From: Leucoraja ocellata
Lineage: Eukaryota
Length of the DNA stretch: 64,000 nt
Assembly: GCA_036785375.1 (NCBI GenBank)
Contig: JAWMAR010000151.1
Coordinates: 3,100,001 to 3,164,000, forward strand
Direction of reading: 5' to 3'
Under the pieces are notes generated by a model, which saw only the letters and a list, made by a program, of their open reading frames with translations, was not told the DNA's origin and ran no database searches. Of this stretch, positions 27,201 through 40,073 are shown in pieces. Each line of letters begins with the position of its first letter. Positions within the stretch are counted from its first letter, which is position 1. Made by a program: the position numbers and the translations under genes.

Positions 27201-28876
27201 TGTGAGTAGTGAGCAGAGTGACCATCACCTGCATGAGCTGTGAAGAGTAGGCATAGCGACACACACTCTTCGGTGCTTCCTGTCTATCTTCAGGATCTTT
27301 TACAACCATCCCTGGCCCAATTCATCTTGCGTGTAATGCCACAAGAATTTGTTTACCAAGGGGTTTACTGTTGGCCTCCTGAAATTGAACTATGTTGGAA
27401 TAGTATTCCTTGCATCTTAACCCTGCACTAGGGTCACCCACCCTTGCCCTTACCCATTTCCATTATTCTGATTTCTCCAACTCCATGAATTCATCAAATA
27501 CTTAGTTTTGTAATTCTACCAGCTGCCTAACCCACAACTAACTTTATAAATTTGTCACATGCTATGCCACCTTTCAGCCCTCCATCAGTTGAAGAGATGT
27601 TATGTACATCGGCCTTTCTCTCTGCCCCGAATTGTTCTTTTTCACTGCTTTTCTTCCCACTAAACTGGTCATTCACTTGCTTTTATTTCGCACCCTTTCA
27701 TTTATATCAGAAGCCCTGCTCGCTCCTATTTAAGAGTTTAGTTGTTCCATGTTGGAACACAATATGGTCAGAAGGTAAATGGTATATTTAATTGCTGCTT
27801 GGTGTTAGTGTTCTGAGATTAAACACAAGCACTGGACAATTCTATTTAAGGAGCAAATTTCTCCTGCTTTCCTTGAAAGCTCTAATTCTATCAACTTCAT
27901 ATCAAATGCTTTCCTGGTAAGAGGTAACAATTTCCAAACCAAAAAAGTTGTACAATCCTTCTTTAAAAAAATTAACAAAAAGGTGTAGTAAATTGTTCAT
28001 TAATGCAAGTCTCACTGCAGTGCCCTATTGTCAACCATGCTAGAAACCACAGCAAAAGCTGCCTTCCTCCGTGAGATACAATGGAATCCATATGTACACA
28101 ACTGTGATGTAAACAAAGGCACAGACATTTAACCAATTTAGCTGCATCCATTTTGGCTATCCAGATGTTGGGTTTAAAAGGCCAAATCCAGTGCTTCTGA
28201 CCCACCCATCCAAAATCTAACTGAAGCATTTTATTGTCCCGTGGAACGCATGGGTCTCTGACAAGAGAGAGAATGCAGCAAGTGGAAGCTGCTGCTCTGT
28301 CAGTATATTCTCAAACACAGGGGGATCCACTGGGCATCCTGCACCCTATCAGCCAACAAGCGGTAAATCATGTGCTGAGAATGAGTAAGCTGAGGAAATT
28401 GTTTGCAGAAATCTTTGCTCAATCTCACCTTTCTCATGTTGAGCAGAAGACAGAGCACATTCAATAAACTTACCAGGCTTGGAAACTCATTACCCCAAAT
28501 AGTAGAGTGCCAACAGATTCATGTGAATACTTCAGCAATCCCAGATAAGTTTGGGATGACTTTGGTATGACTTTTACCAATTTGTTGCATACTGTAGGAT
28601 TCCACTCTATCTGACAACATGAATTTTGTCTTGACACTTACAATGTATTAGTTTTCTAGATGGTGATAACGCAACTGTTGCACAGTATCACAGTCCACAT
28701 CTTGAATGAAATCTCCATCAGTGTGAACCAGCGGCCCTTGAGGCAAATCTGGGGCTTATGGAGAATGGATAATGACTCCAGCATTAAGATCTGTTGTGAC
28801 CATTTGCCACTGGGGTTACTCTTCTCAGTGTGAAAGAGCTAGTCCCTTCCCTTCATGCTCTAGAGACCTCACCAAC

Positions 28877-29188
28877 CTTCCCACTAAACTGAACCAGGGT
28901 GAGCGGTCGTAAAACGGGTCCTGGCCATCATGGTGGAACTGGTACCCTTCGTCTCCCCCCAGGTCAGAAAAGGGATCATCCAGAAAGATTTCATCGTCCA
29001 GCTCCTCCTCATCCTCATCCTCATCCTCATCCTCATCCTCCTCCTCCTTTCCATCATGCCGCTCGTCTGCGAGCTCAGTGATGTCAGAGTCAGGGTTCGA
29101 GAAGGTGGGGGAGGGGGTGAGATCAGCCATGCGCTCAGTCATGCAAGTGTTGAAAATGGGAGTACTAGTACAGCCAGAGACAGGGGAA
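28877..29188 (-). CDS. KIF1A: KIF1A acidic exon (alternatively spliced in mammals): (S)SPVSGCTSTPIFNTCMTERMADLTPSPTFS...EDEDEDEDE...DPFYDRSPWFSLVG
   Basis: 312 nt, phase 2-2; CCCTAG acceptor, AAG|GTTGGT donor; homologous to the poly-Glu exon of long KIF1A isoforms. Confidence 0.92.
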
Positions 29189-30124
29189 CTAGGGTTAGTA
29201 CAAGACAAAGACATGTTAAAAAAAAACTCATCATTCAACAATAGGCCAGAAACTCTCTGACTGACACTTATCATCAAGATTCTAATAAATCTGCTCCACA
29301 GAAACCTGAAATCAGCAAGCTTTGGTCAGAAGGTGTTTCCCTCTTAAAGATCTGCTGTCAAAAATACATGTATCAGGATGCCAATGGGCACAACATTCAC
29401 GCATAGGGCAGGCTCAAAGGGAACATTCACCTCATTTAGGTCACGGTTGAAATAGCAATAGATATTTGAGTTTTTTAAAGAATAATGAGAGAGAAATTGC
29501 AAAAGTTAAAAGCAGCCAAACAAAGTGTTGGTCTTAAGGTTCTAGATGGTACCACTTCCTGATATTGTTACTTTACCAATGAGCTCTACAACATTGGCAC
29601 AAAATCAGAAGATACTCTAGCCCTTTCCCAGACACTGCAGAGACCCATGACCACCTCCTTACTGATTTCACAGATCTGAGGGCCAGCTTCAGAACACCCC
29701 AATCTGATCCTTTACCCCGTCACAGTACTTCACACTGCAGACCTTGCGCTTGGCATCCACCTTAACGGATCGTCACATGGCCTGGCCATCACCGTGTTTT
29801 CTTCCTCTGCCCCTTAGTTCATGCCCCTACTCAATGAAATAACCACAGTACGACCACCCATTCACTGTGGCTTGCTCTGTTATAAGTATATATCCAATTG
29901 CACCTGATTCTTCTTTTGCTACCATTTAGATAGTGCATTCAGGTCAAATTTGTATTTATAAATATTCTCATCCTTCTCAGTTTATTTCGCTAAAGGCAAT
30001 ATTCAGGTGAACATTTTCAGTAAACAGATACTATGTATCTAGTAATCTAATTATTAAATAATACACTCTCTCCACCCTTCGCTGCCCACCAAGTGAACAA
30101 TTATTTATGGAGTGGCCATCTAAT

Positions 30125-30440
30125 GGAATCACAGCTGCAGGAACCCAGGTTTTATCCCGACCTCAGGTGTTGACTGCATGTAGTTTTCATACAACAGCAT
30201 GGGCGTCACCTGGATGCTCTGGTTTCCTTCCACATCCCAAAGATGTGCCAGTTGGCTATTGAAAATTACCCTTTCATGTAAGTCTATGGCAAAAAGACTC
30301 AAAGTGGAGTTGATGGCCATGTGCCAGAGAGGGTAAGTTGCAGGGCTTCTGGGAAGTGAACAGAGGGCGAAGGGGAATGCTGGGATGTTCACCTGGGAGT
30401 CAGCGTAGATCTGTTGTCCTGAGGGACCTCCTTCTATGTT
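30125..30440 (+). mobile_element. tRNA-derived SINE (degenerate)
   Basis: B-box-like GGTTTTATCCC and the core GCTCTGGTTTCCTTCCACATCCCAAAGATG. Confidence 0.55.
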
Positions 30441-31134
30441 ATTACACGATGAGGATGCACCTTCAGGACTAATCTAAGCTGTGGACAACTGGATTTTATA
30501 GCTACCCCTTTAAAAAAAAAAAGTTAATTGTTATTTTAAGTTGGATACCAATAAGAGAATTTTGTTTAGCAATCAGTACATTGTCCAATGCGTGAGGTAC
30601 GCGATAGGAACAAAAGTATGGGTACAGGGTTAGCACTCACTTGCCCTCGTTCAATGTTAACCAGGCCTGCTCGTTCTTCTGATGCACACACTGTTTCAGC
30701 CAAGGCTGGCTGTATTTATGGGTGGAAATCTGAATGAGCCAGCACATGGATTGATCGGTGAAGTGGATACCCAGAGCAAGATTACCAAAAAAACGTTCAA
30801 TATTCAGCATCTTCAAGTGTTATGCAGAAGAAGTGTAATAGTATATCAAAGAAATGTTACAAACAATAGCAATCATTTCATATGGATATCACAATATGAC
30901 ACTCCTACAAGTGCATTATTCACCACTTATTTACATCGCTCTCTGCATCAGGAGGAATTTATCTTTATCTGGGCAAGAAACAATTCCGTGAGTTGCACCC
31001 AATTAACCCGCTTGTCCAAACATTACTGCTGTTACACAGCAAGCTCATCCCCTAAATCAGGTAGAAGATGTACCATTGATAATGGGTGGGCTGTACAAGC
31101 AGAGGAGCAGGAGAATTTGTGGTTTGATTGAGAT

Positions 31135-31483
31135 TTATTGTGATTGAGAGACCCCTTCCAACCCTGCAACGGACTGTTCCAGCTGCTATGGTCAGGCAAA
31201 CACCTCCGTTGCCATGCGGTGAGAACAGAGAGGTTAAGAAGGAGTTTCTTCCCAGAGGCCATTCGGACTGTAAACGCCTATCTCACCAGGGACTAACTCT
31301 ACTGAACGTTTTTCCTTCCATTATTTATTATGTAAAGGTATATGTGTGTTTATGATTGTGTTTATAGTTTGTTTGTTTGTTTGTTTGTCTTTTTGCAGAA
31401 AAGTCCGCGAGCATTGCCACTTTCATTTCACTGCACATCTCGTATGTGTATGTGACAAATAAACTTGACTTGACTTGACTTGA
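31135..31483 (+). mobile_element. Rex1/Babar LINE 3' end with AATAAA and (CTTGA)n tail
   Basis: Translates as DPSNPCNGLFQLLWSGK…RTERLRRSFFPEAIRTVN; tail AATAAACTTGACTTGACTTGACTTGA. Confidence 0.8.
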
Positions 31484-31964
31484 AGCACCAACCACACAGT
31501 ACGTGGTGCGCTGCATGGGACGGCCAGTACAGTGTGCATGGGGAGAAGTGAACAATACAAAGTATGTAGCCTGGGGAATGATCAGTGGCGCTTGTGGAAT
31601 TTGGAAAAAAATAAGCAGAATGTAGTGAGAGGAATGACCAGTGGAAGCAGAATGAGAATGAAGACTGCATGAGGGGAGTGGAGGGGGGGTCACACTTTCC
31701 AAGTATCTAAACCGACACGTATGGCATTCATTCATTAACTGCACCAGCTCATTCTGCACAGACATAATGATTGCAAGGGCTGATGTCACACTGATTCATT
31801 GATTGGACCACGAGTAACACAGCCACACTAATTGAAATGACTTATATGAAGTTGGTCCATTGATCACACTGAATGATGACTCATTTCATAATTTAAATGT
31901 TTGGTGCCTGGACTAACTGATGTCATTTTCTGTAATTAAGGCACTGACTGGTATGACTATTGAC

Positions 31965-32093
31965 TAATACAAGAAACTGGAGACGCTGGAATCTGGGAGA
32001 AAACACAAAGTGGTGGAGTAATTCAGTGGATAAGGCAACATCTGTGAAGGGAGTGGACAGACAAAGTTTCTGGTCAGGACCCTTCTTCAGACT
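31965..32093 (-). repeat. Penelope-type repeat copy with a hammerhead-like core
   Basis: Minus strand reads AGTCTGAAGAAGGGTCCTGACCAGAAAC. Confidence 0.6.
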
Positions 32094-32449
32094 AGTTGCA
32101 TTAATTACAGTGATGGCGTGACACAAATCAAATGATTATACTGAAGTGATAGCACTGACATTGACTACAATGCCAGGTTTCACACTGATCTGATGATTGC
32201 ATTAAGTGGTAACATATTGACAGCATGAGACCAAAAGTAGAAAAAATTAGTGGAACAATTTCAGATTTCAGTAAAGGAGGGCCAAGACATTGATATGAAA
32301 GAAAAAGCAGAAAGAGTGTATAGCCTCAGAAGAAACACAAATACAGGTTGCAAGAACTTCTGTAAATATATATGAAGACAAATTAGCTGGTTTAGAGTTG
32401 CCCTTTTGAGATTGAGGTAGGAAACATGGTGTTGAAAAAATGACACAGA

Positions 32450-33000
32450 CATAAAATATTTTGTGTTTGACTTCACAGTTTTTTGGAGTACACGAGTTCG
32501 GAATAAATAAGGAGCACAAAATATTAGTTTTAGTACAAACTAGTCAAGGAGAAATTGATGCGAATGATAGGTCAGAAATCCTTTGGAACCAATGGCATTT
32601 TGACGTTTTGAACAACATGGTTACAGAGATAGTGGATGTACTAGTCATCCTCCAAAATTCTATGGATTCAAGAATGGTTTCCACAGATTGAAAGGGTGCA
32701 AATGTAACCAATCATTTGAAAAAGGAGACAGAGAGAAAGCAAGGAGCCATCGGACAGTTACTCTAGGCCAAAAGGAGGGAAACTGCTGGAGTTTATAATT
32801 AAGAACAATGGAAGTCTCAGAGAATTATATTGTTGTTGTGTAGAGTGAAAATGAATTTATGTAACAGAATTTGACAAATCCATTAGAGTATTTTTGAGAT
32901 TGTAGTAGGCAGAATAGATAGATATGGTGCATGCGCTCTTTCAGAATGACTTTGATAAGGTGTCAAATTAAGAGATGTCAAACAAAAATAGAGAGGCCAT
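32450..33000 (+). mobile_element. Highly degenerate CR1 RT fragment
   Basis: Similar to 45130-45570 (EIVDxLVILQNSxDS, ANVT, FDKV). Confidence 0.6.
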
Positions 33001-33209
33001 GGTCTCAGGTTAAGAAGAGAAAACATTTAGAGCTACTGACTGTCGCCATTTAGTTCTAACATGAACCATAATGAAGTGTTTTGAAAGACTGGTAATAGCT
33101 CATATCTGTGCTAGTCTTCGAGCAAGCTTGTAGTTTGCATATGGGAAAAATAGATGCACGAAGATACCATCTCTCTTGTATCACGTTGAGTTCCAGATCA
33201 TCTTGACAA

Positions 33210-33680
33210 TATGCTTTGACAGATCAGCCTTCAACACCATAATGCCGATTAAGTTCATCCCTAAACTTCTGGACATTGGCCTTAGAGCCTTCAAATGGCT
33301 TCTGGATTTCTTGATTGGCAGACCTCAATAAGTTTGAATTGGCCATAACATTTCCTTCATCCTGTTGGTACCCTTCAGTGTTGCGTGCTCAGTCACTTGC
33401 GCTACCTCCTGTACGCCTAGGACAGTGTGGCCAAGTACAACACCAACTCAATGGTTAAGTTTGTTGATGATATTACTGTTGTTGGCCATATCAACAACAA
33501 TGATGATACAGGATACAGGAAAGAGATTGAAAACCTTCTACAACAATTTAGCCCTTAGCATCAGCGAGACAAATGTGTTGGTTGTTGACCTAAGGAAGCA
33601 AAGAGGTTGAACAAGCTCTGTCCTCATCAACTGAGCTGCTGTAGAGATGGTTGACAGCTTCAAGTTATTTTCACCAGCTA
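33210..33680 (+). mobile_element. Rex1/Babar RT fragment
   Basis: Recognisable SAFNTI, LDFLxGRPQ and KFVDDITVVG (FADD-like) remnants. Confidence 0.6.
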
Positions 33681-33741
33681 TCTGACCTGGTGCTTTCACA
33701 TTGCCACTGGTCCTCTTTCAATAAGATTAGGGTTGACCTAA

Positions 33742-34529
33742 AGGGGCTGTCCCACTGCGGCGACCTAATCCGTGAGTTCAAAAGAGTGTCTTCGACCTTC
33801 AAGCTCGAGGGCACTCACCTGAAAAATCTCGAGCTGGATCGACCGTCAGCGATGAAACCGCGAGCTGGGTCGACCGACCGCACACACACATAGCAAAGGC
33901 GGAGGCCAGAGAAAGCGGGGGAGCACTGTCTGAAAATCACACCCGCAATGAAGAGGAAGGTAAAAGACGGCTGTACAGTGTATGGTAAGTCTTGTAGAGA
34001 GCGCGGAGGGGGGGGGGGGGGGGGGGGTGGGAGAGAAGGGGAGAGAAAGACAGAGAAGTGGAAAGAAGGGGAGAGAAGGGGGTAGAAGGGGGGGGGGGGA
34101 GAAGGAGTGGAGACCCATTTAAGGAGTCAGACAACGTTTAACGTTTAGTGGGCATTTTACCTCACCGGTCGGTTTTCCTTAGTCCTGAAACCTCCAATGA
34201 GCCAAGTAAAATGCCCGGTCAGCAAAGGAGATTGCCTATGGCTGCCCTCAACTGCCTGTAACTAAATAGCGACCCCACTCCACTGCACTACGAGTTAAAA
34301 AGAACCATGCTGACCAAATTTTACTCGCAGAAAAATTTTCAACATGCTGAAAATCTTTCCGCGACGTAGCTGAGGCCGCGAGTTTGCGGGAACTCCCCTC
34401 GAGCATGAAGGAGAGTTCCAGTGACCTCATAGGACCTCCTAAGACCACATGTCAACCATGCTGCAAGTTTGAGTCGATGACAAACTCTTCTAAACTCGCA
34501 GATTAGGTTCCTGCAGTGGGACAGCCCCG
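33742..34529. mobile_element. Non-autonomous DNA transposon, PIF/Harbinger-like
   Basis: TIRs GGGGCTGTCCCACTGC.G..ACCTAATC.G.GAGTT at both ends; flanked by TAA (33739-41) and TTA (34530-32); no transposase ORF. Confidence 0.8.
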
Positions 34530-34619
34530 TTACTGTAATCTCAATTTGTATTCTAATATAAGTTCTCACCACTTTGCTTCTTAAGGGTCTGTCTATTCCT
34601 ATTCAGACGCTGTTTCCAC

Positions 34620-35900
34620 CCCGTTCTCAGGGTTTAGCAATGAGTTTAGAAGGGATGATGGTGTTGAACGACACCAGTCCGTGCAGGTTTTGAGAACATG
34701 GGCAGGTACACCATCAGGGCCAGATGCGGTCTGACGGTTCAACCTCGAGGGGGATCTTCTGACTTCAGCCTTGGACACTGAGATCACTGTGGTGTCAGGG
34801 ACCGCGGTGGCCATAAAGATACATTGTTGTTCTCCTTTTCAAAGTGAGCATAGAAAGCATTGAGGTTGTCCGAGAACGATTCATTGCTCTCACTTATTCT
34901 ACTTGGTTTCATCTTGAAGGAAGTGCCACTGTTGCCCAGCATCTGCCTGACCCTCTAGTCCGGAAGTACCTCTGTGCATTCTCAATTACCTTTTTTGAGT
35001 TTGTACCTGGACTTCTTGTATGACTCTGGATCACCTGACCTGAAGGCAACAGATCTGGTCCTCAATAGATTGCTCATCTCCAAGTTCATCCAAGGCTTCT
35101 GGTTAGGGAACACTTGGATGGTCTTGGTAGGAGCACATTCCTCCATTCATTTCCTTCTTAAAGTTGGTAACAACAGTGGCGTTTTTGTTCAAGTCCATTG
35201 CCATGTCCTTGAATATCACCCAGTCTACCCAGTCCAAGCAGTCGTGAAGTTGCTCCTCTGCCTCCCCTGATCTGGTCGACACAATCCTTTTCACCAGTGT
35301 TGAAATCTTCAGTCGCTGCCTATATGCATAGGTAGCTCAGCCTGGTGGTCCAATTTACCAAAGTGCAGCGGAGGGATGGAACAATAAACATCTCTCATGG
35401 TGGAAAAACTGCTCAAGAATGTTTGATCTTCTGGTGCTGCAGGAGACATGCTAATGGCAGTTTGGAAGTATCTCCTTCAAGCTAACCTTGTTGACATCCC
35501 CATTAATAATGGAGAAGATGGTGGAGTACATTGTCCAGAGGACATCATTGACCACAGCATAGAGTTCCTTAAGTATTTGCCGAATGTCTATCTGAGCTGG
35601 GATGTGGAATGCAGTCATGGAAGTGAATTCCCTTGGGACATAGAAGAGACAGTACTTCTCTGCTAGGTGTTGCAGATCAGAGGAGCAGAGGTTGGACAAT
35701 GTCTGAGCATCACAAAGAGTTTATTATGAGACAGACGTAGGCTCATTCTTCCTGGTCCATATGATGGATTGAAAAACATTTGGGCTAGAGGCCGAGCTTG
35801 GAGAACTAGGGTCCCTTTGGTAAAGTCCCTTTGGTAAAGCAATCTTGCTCTTAAGTCTTCAATCTTATTTTCTCAGGACTGTACATTAGCCAAGAGGATG
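34620..35900 (-). mobile_element. Rex1/Babar LINE endonuclease-linker fragment
   Basis: ORF remnants FYVPREFTS..HIPA, DCLDWVDWVIF and ASGPDGVPAHVLKTC. Confidence 0.7.
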
Positions 35901-36164
35901 CTTGGGAGGGAGAATCATTATTGTCAACACTTCATTCTTAGTCTGAGTCTGCCCTGGAGTGCATTTATTGGGCATAATGGAGGCCACCCCAGCTATGCCA
36001 GGTACTGTACATATGGATCTCTGTGTCTATCAGGTGATGATGAAATAACTCATTCATTTAAATCATTCAGAAGCCTGTTAGTTACACCACCAATTTGTGA
36101 CATTTCTCTTTGCATTAAAAGTTTAAAATGGGTATATTTATGATTCTCCTGCTGACTCATCCCA

Positions 36165-36660
36165 CAATGTGTGTGCACTGACTAGTTCCAGTGTTGGTGT
36201 TTGAATGATCTGATTCTATAGTGCTAGATATTGCACAGATATTTGTCACAAGGTTTGCACTGATTTGTTTCACAGTGCTATATTTGAAACGGACTGATTC
36301 CATAGTATCAGTGTTTGTATTGACTAGTGTCACACTGTTAAGAGTTTGCACTTGCTGGTGTCACAGTGCCAATGTTTGCACGGCCCTATGCCACTGTTTT
36401 AATGTTTACACAGTTCTTTGCCACAGGGTCAGTGTTTACATTGATTTGTCCCACAATGGCACTGTTTGTACTGACTGTTTTGATAGTGTCAGTGTTTGTA
36501 CCGATAGTATCATTGTTAGCACTGACTGATTCAACAGTATCAGTGTTTACACTGACTGGTGCCCCATGCCAGTGTTTACACTAGCCAGTGTCACAGCGTC
36601 AGAGTTTGGACTGAGTGATTTCATAGTGAATGCACTGACTTATGTCAGACTGACTTGCGG
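36165..36660. repeat. Degenerate ~30-bp tandem repeat (…CAGTGTCAGTGTTTACACTGACTG…)
   Basis: Recurring CAGTGTTT/ACTGACT units about every 30 nt. Confidence 0.65.
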
Positions 36661-36949
36661 TTAGTATCACACTCACCTTTTCAAAGGATTGACTCAAAAT
36701 TTGTTGAGTGGTGACACAAAGACTCAGTAATTTTGTTGCACATTATTTTGTTGGTACGTTCCATAAACCGAATTACTAAAATCTTAAATATTTTATGTAA
36801 GGATCTAAAATTCATCAAAACAGTAAGATTGCTCTACAACAAACTGCAGACAAATGACAGTTTGAAACAACGGAATAAAACATTCCTTACAGTGTGATAT
36901 AGGGACATCCTTCAGAATGACGGATTCTCTCCTACAGTCCAGCATGTCT

Positions 36950-37620
36950 GCCATGGTCAGTCTGTCGAACAATCATTATAGCTCTGGGCCTGATTCCCCT
37001 TCCATCCTGATATCTTCCATTTCCTGAATATCCATATGCCTATCCCAAAGCCTCTTGCACGCCACTATCATATCTGCTTCCACCACCAACTCTGGCAGCA
37101 CATTACAAGCACCCATCACTCACTGCGTAAAAAAAACATACCCTGCACATCTCTTTTAAATGTTGCCTTCCCTCCTTAAAGCTATGCTCTCTAGTCTTTA
37201 ATATTTCCATTCTGGGAGAAAGGTTCCGTTCGTCTTTCCTATCTACTGTATGTCTCTCATAATTTAAATTTTTTTAATCAATTCTCCCTTCAGTTTTTGA
37301 CACTCCAGAGAAAACAATCAGTTTGTCCAACCTCTCCTTATCCCTTTAGTCTAGGCAATATTCTGGTAAACGTCTGGTAAACATTCTCCAAAGTCTTCAT
37401 ATCCTTTCTGTAATGGGGCGAAGAGAACTGAACGCAATACTCCAAATGTGGCCTAACCAAAGTTCAAAGGCTGTAAATGGGCTTCCTGGCTCCTATACTC
37501 AATACCCTTCTGATGAAGACAAACACACCGCCTTCTTTATCATTCCATCTGCTTGTGTATCACGTCTAGGAAGCTATGGGTTGTGTCCCCAAGGTCTTTC
37601 TGTGCATTAGTGCTGTTAAT
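36950..37620 (-). mobile_element. CR1 LINE 3' fragment
   Basis: Similar to the reverse complement of 16900-17610 (CAATACTCCAAATGTGGCCTAACCA = LVRPHLEYC). Confidence 0.75.
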
Positions 37621-38769
37621 GAGCTAGATGAGCACTTGAATTGCCAAGGCATAGAAAGCGGGAGATGTAATGCTAGGAGATGGGATTAGTGCAGCTATGT
37701 ATTTGAGAGTAGGTGTAACATGGCAGGCCTAAGGACCTTTCATGGTATTGTAGGACTCTATGATATTAGTTATCCAGTTAGGTTTATATGACAATCTGAC
37801 TTGCATCCTCTTGAATTTACAGCCCATGCTGCTGTGATATGATGCAAATAAACTTTCCATGTTCACTAACTTATCTACCGGGCTCCTCCATATCCAGTAT
37901 GCTAAATCACACCTCCTAAAGGTTAAGTGGCTGGTTGTATTCAGCTCTGAAACTATAGGCTCTGCAGAAACCAAAAAAATCAAGCAAGAGGAAGCTCAAC
38001 AGGAAAGGGCTGGGATCAACCACCATAGTTTTCCTGAATGGTGCAGCAGATTCCAAAGGACCAAATGGACAATATTAACAGCAATGTAAAAAAAGTATTT
38101 TATTGAGTACATTAATAAGTACGAATGCTGCATATTTAAATCTGCTTCATTTTTCCTGCTCAGATACACAGAAGGTTGTGATCCTTCAGGATGATATGCT
38201 TTCTTCTCACAATCTGGGGAATAAACCGGATTGATAAACAGGAAAATGTCCACAGGATTTACACTGTAATTGGAGGCCTGACATGGCTCTGTGGTTGGTT
38301 ATTCTGCCATTAGTGGTTGATCTTGGGGAACCAATGCCACAGTAGTTTGGGAAAACAACAGTTTCCAACAAATCCACATTGCCAGTGATCTCTGAAAGTA
38401 AAGCCCCCTGACTAAGCCTGTTACCCTTCCCCTTCGACCTTCTCTGCAAATTGTTGGCAATCCTTTTCTCCACCTCCTCCTCTGCCTGGCCAAGCCCCTT
38501 GATAAAGACATCAATATTGCATCTCAGATGTCTTTATCAAAAAGTGTCACATTAAACAGATCTAACAAACATCTTCACCTGCTGCCCATCAACAACATAC
38601 TGTGGAAGAATTGAAACAGTTGAGAATCCTCTTCCTCGAATTGTGCATGTGACTAGTGGTGGGGGAAGAACTGTTTGTGAAGGTAAGAGGCGTCTTCATG
38701 CAGCTGAAATCACGTTCATGCTATGCGCTAAATAATAACAGATCAATATGGAAAGGTAGGTATAAATTC

Positions 38770-39258
38770 AGAATTGCACAATGGTTGTCTGCGCCGAGAC
38801 ATCCAGTATGTCAGCGACTTTGGGGGAGAGGGGGAGGAGGCGAATACGGCAGGAGTGGAGGGAGGGGGAGACGGGGGCATGGGGGGTCGGGGGTGAGGCC
38901 AAGTGGACAGAACAACAAGAGGATGAGGAGGAGGCGACAGTGGAGCGGGAAGCGGACAAAGGGATGGGCCGACAGGAGCTGGTGAGAGGGGAGGGAGCCC
39001 TACGGTGACCGAGCGCTTCCTGGTGGTGGCAGCGGCCCGAGGAAATGCAGTCCCCAGGGGCTACAATGCAAGGCGCAACAACTGTCAACCGGACAGTGCA
39101 GTGGGTGAAGAGGGCCTCGCTGGTGCATGTGGCGAATCGGGGGTGGTGTCGGAAGCCAGGGCTAGGGAGGTTGTGTGAGCCCTGGGAAGGTCCGCAGGTC
39201 TGTCCGCTACATCCGAAATCCGTTATAAAGGAGTCCATTAGCATGAGTGTTTACTGTA
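38770..39258. mobile_element. GC/purine-rich non-autonomous element with a Tc1/mariner (Tigger)-like right end
   Basis: Ends …CCGTTATAAAGGAGTCC…TTTACTG|TA; left TIR not found. Confidence 0.35.
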
Positions 39259-39884
39259 TTTGATATGTAGAATTAAACCCAAGTGACCCAATTTCCCGGC
39301 CTCTCCCTTGTTGTACTTGATCCCTTGACAATTTGATTGCATGTCATTTTCCTAGAGAGAGACAATCCTGCTGCCTCAAGAGGTGAGCTAGCAATCTTCC
39401 TGAAGACGAGGCTTAGGTATGTGGGCCAAGATACTGGTGTGATAAAATAATGTAGAAAGGCAGAAATGTAAACATTGAATGAAAGATAATGGGGTATAAA
39501 AAGGATTCAGAGAGGATAATGGAGGATATGAAGGAGCCACGTACCATCTCCCTGCAAATATTGACTAAACTCAGAATCTATTAAGCATACCATCATTTTG
39601 TTTTCTCTGGATCAATATCCTGAATTTCACTTTCTAACATTCCTGCAGCTTCTCAAGGAGTGCAACATTTCAAAGATAAACTTGCTATCAACTTCTCAGG
39701 TAAATTATGGAAATAAATGCAATTTTCCTATCTTCTCCCAAATCCAGAGAATGCATAATAATAAAATACACAGAAAGATATATGTATGGGGCATGCTCCC
39801 ATCAGAACCACTCCCACCCTAAGGATTGTATGGTAAACCATTTATCTCCTCCAATTCCCAACCTGGAGCTGACATCAAGACGTT

Positions 39885-40073
39885 GAAAGGAACACAGTGC
39901 TGGATTGACTCAGCAGGTCAGGCAGCATCTCTGGAGGACATGGATAGGCAACATTTTGGATTGGGACTCTTCTTCAGACTAACCACATCCTCCAGACATT
40001 CTGTCTGACCAGATGGGTTACTCCAGCACTGTGTGTTCTACACAAGATTCCAGTACCTGCAGTTCCTTGTGCC
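39885..40073. repeat. Palindromic Penelope-type repeat copy
   Basis: Arms ~39890-39942 and ~39986-40038 are complementary; minus-strand CTGAAGA at 39971-39977. Confidence 0.65.

Noticed and set aside
36660-36740. Strong AAG|GTGAGT donor with a downstream TACTAAC
   Set aside because: No compatible acceptor or open frame upstream.
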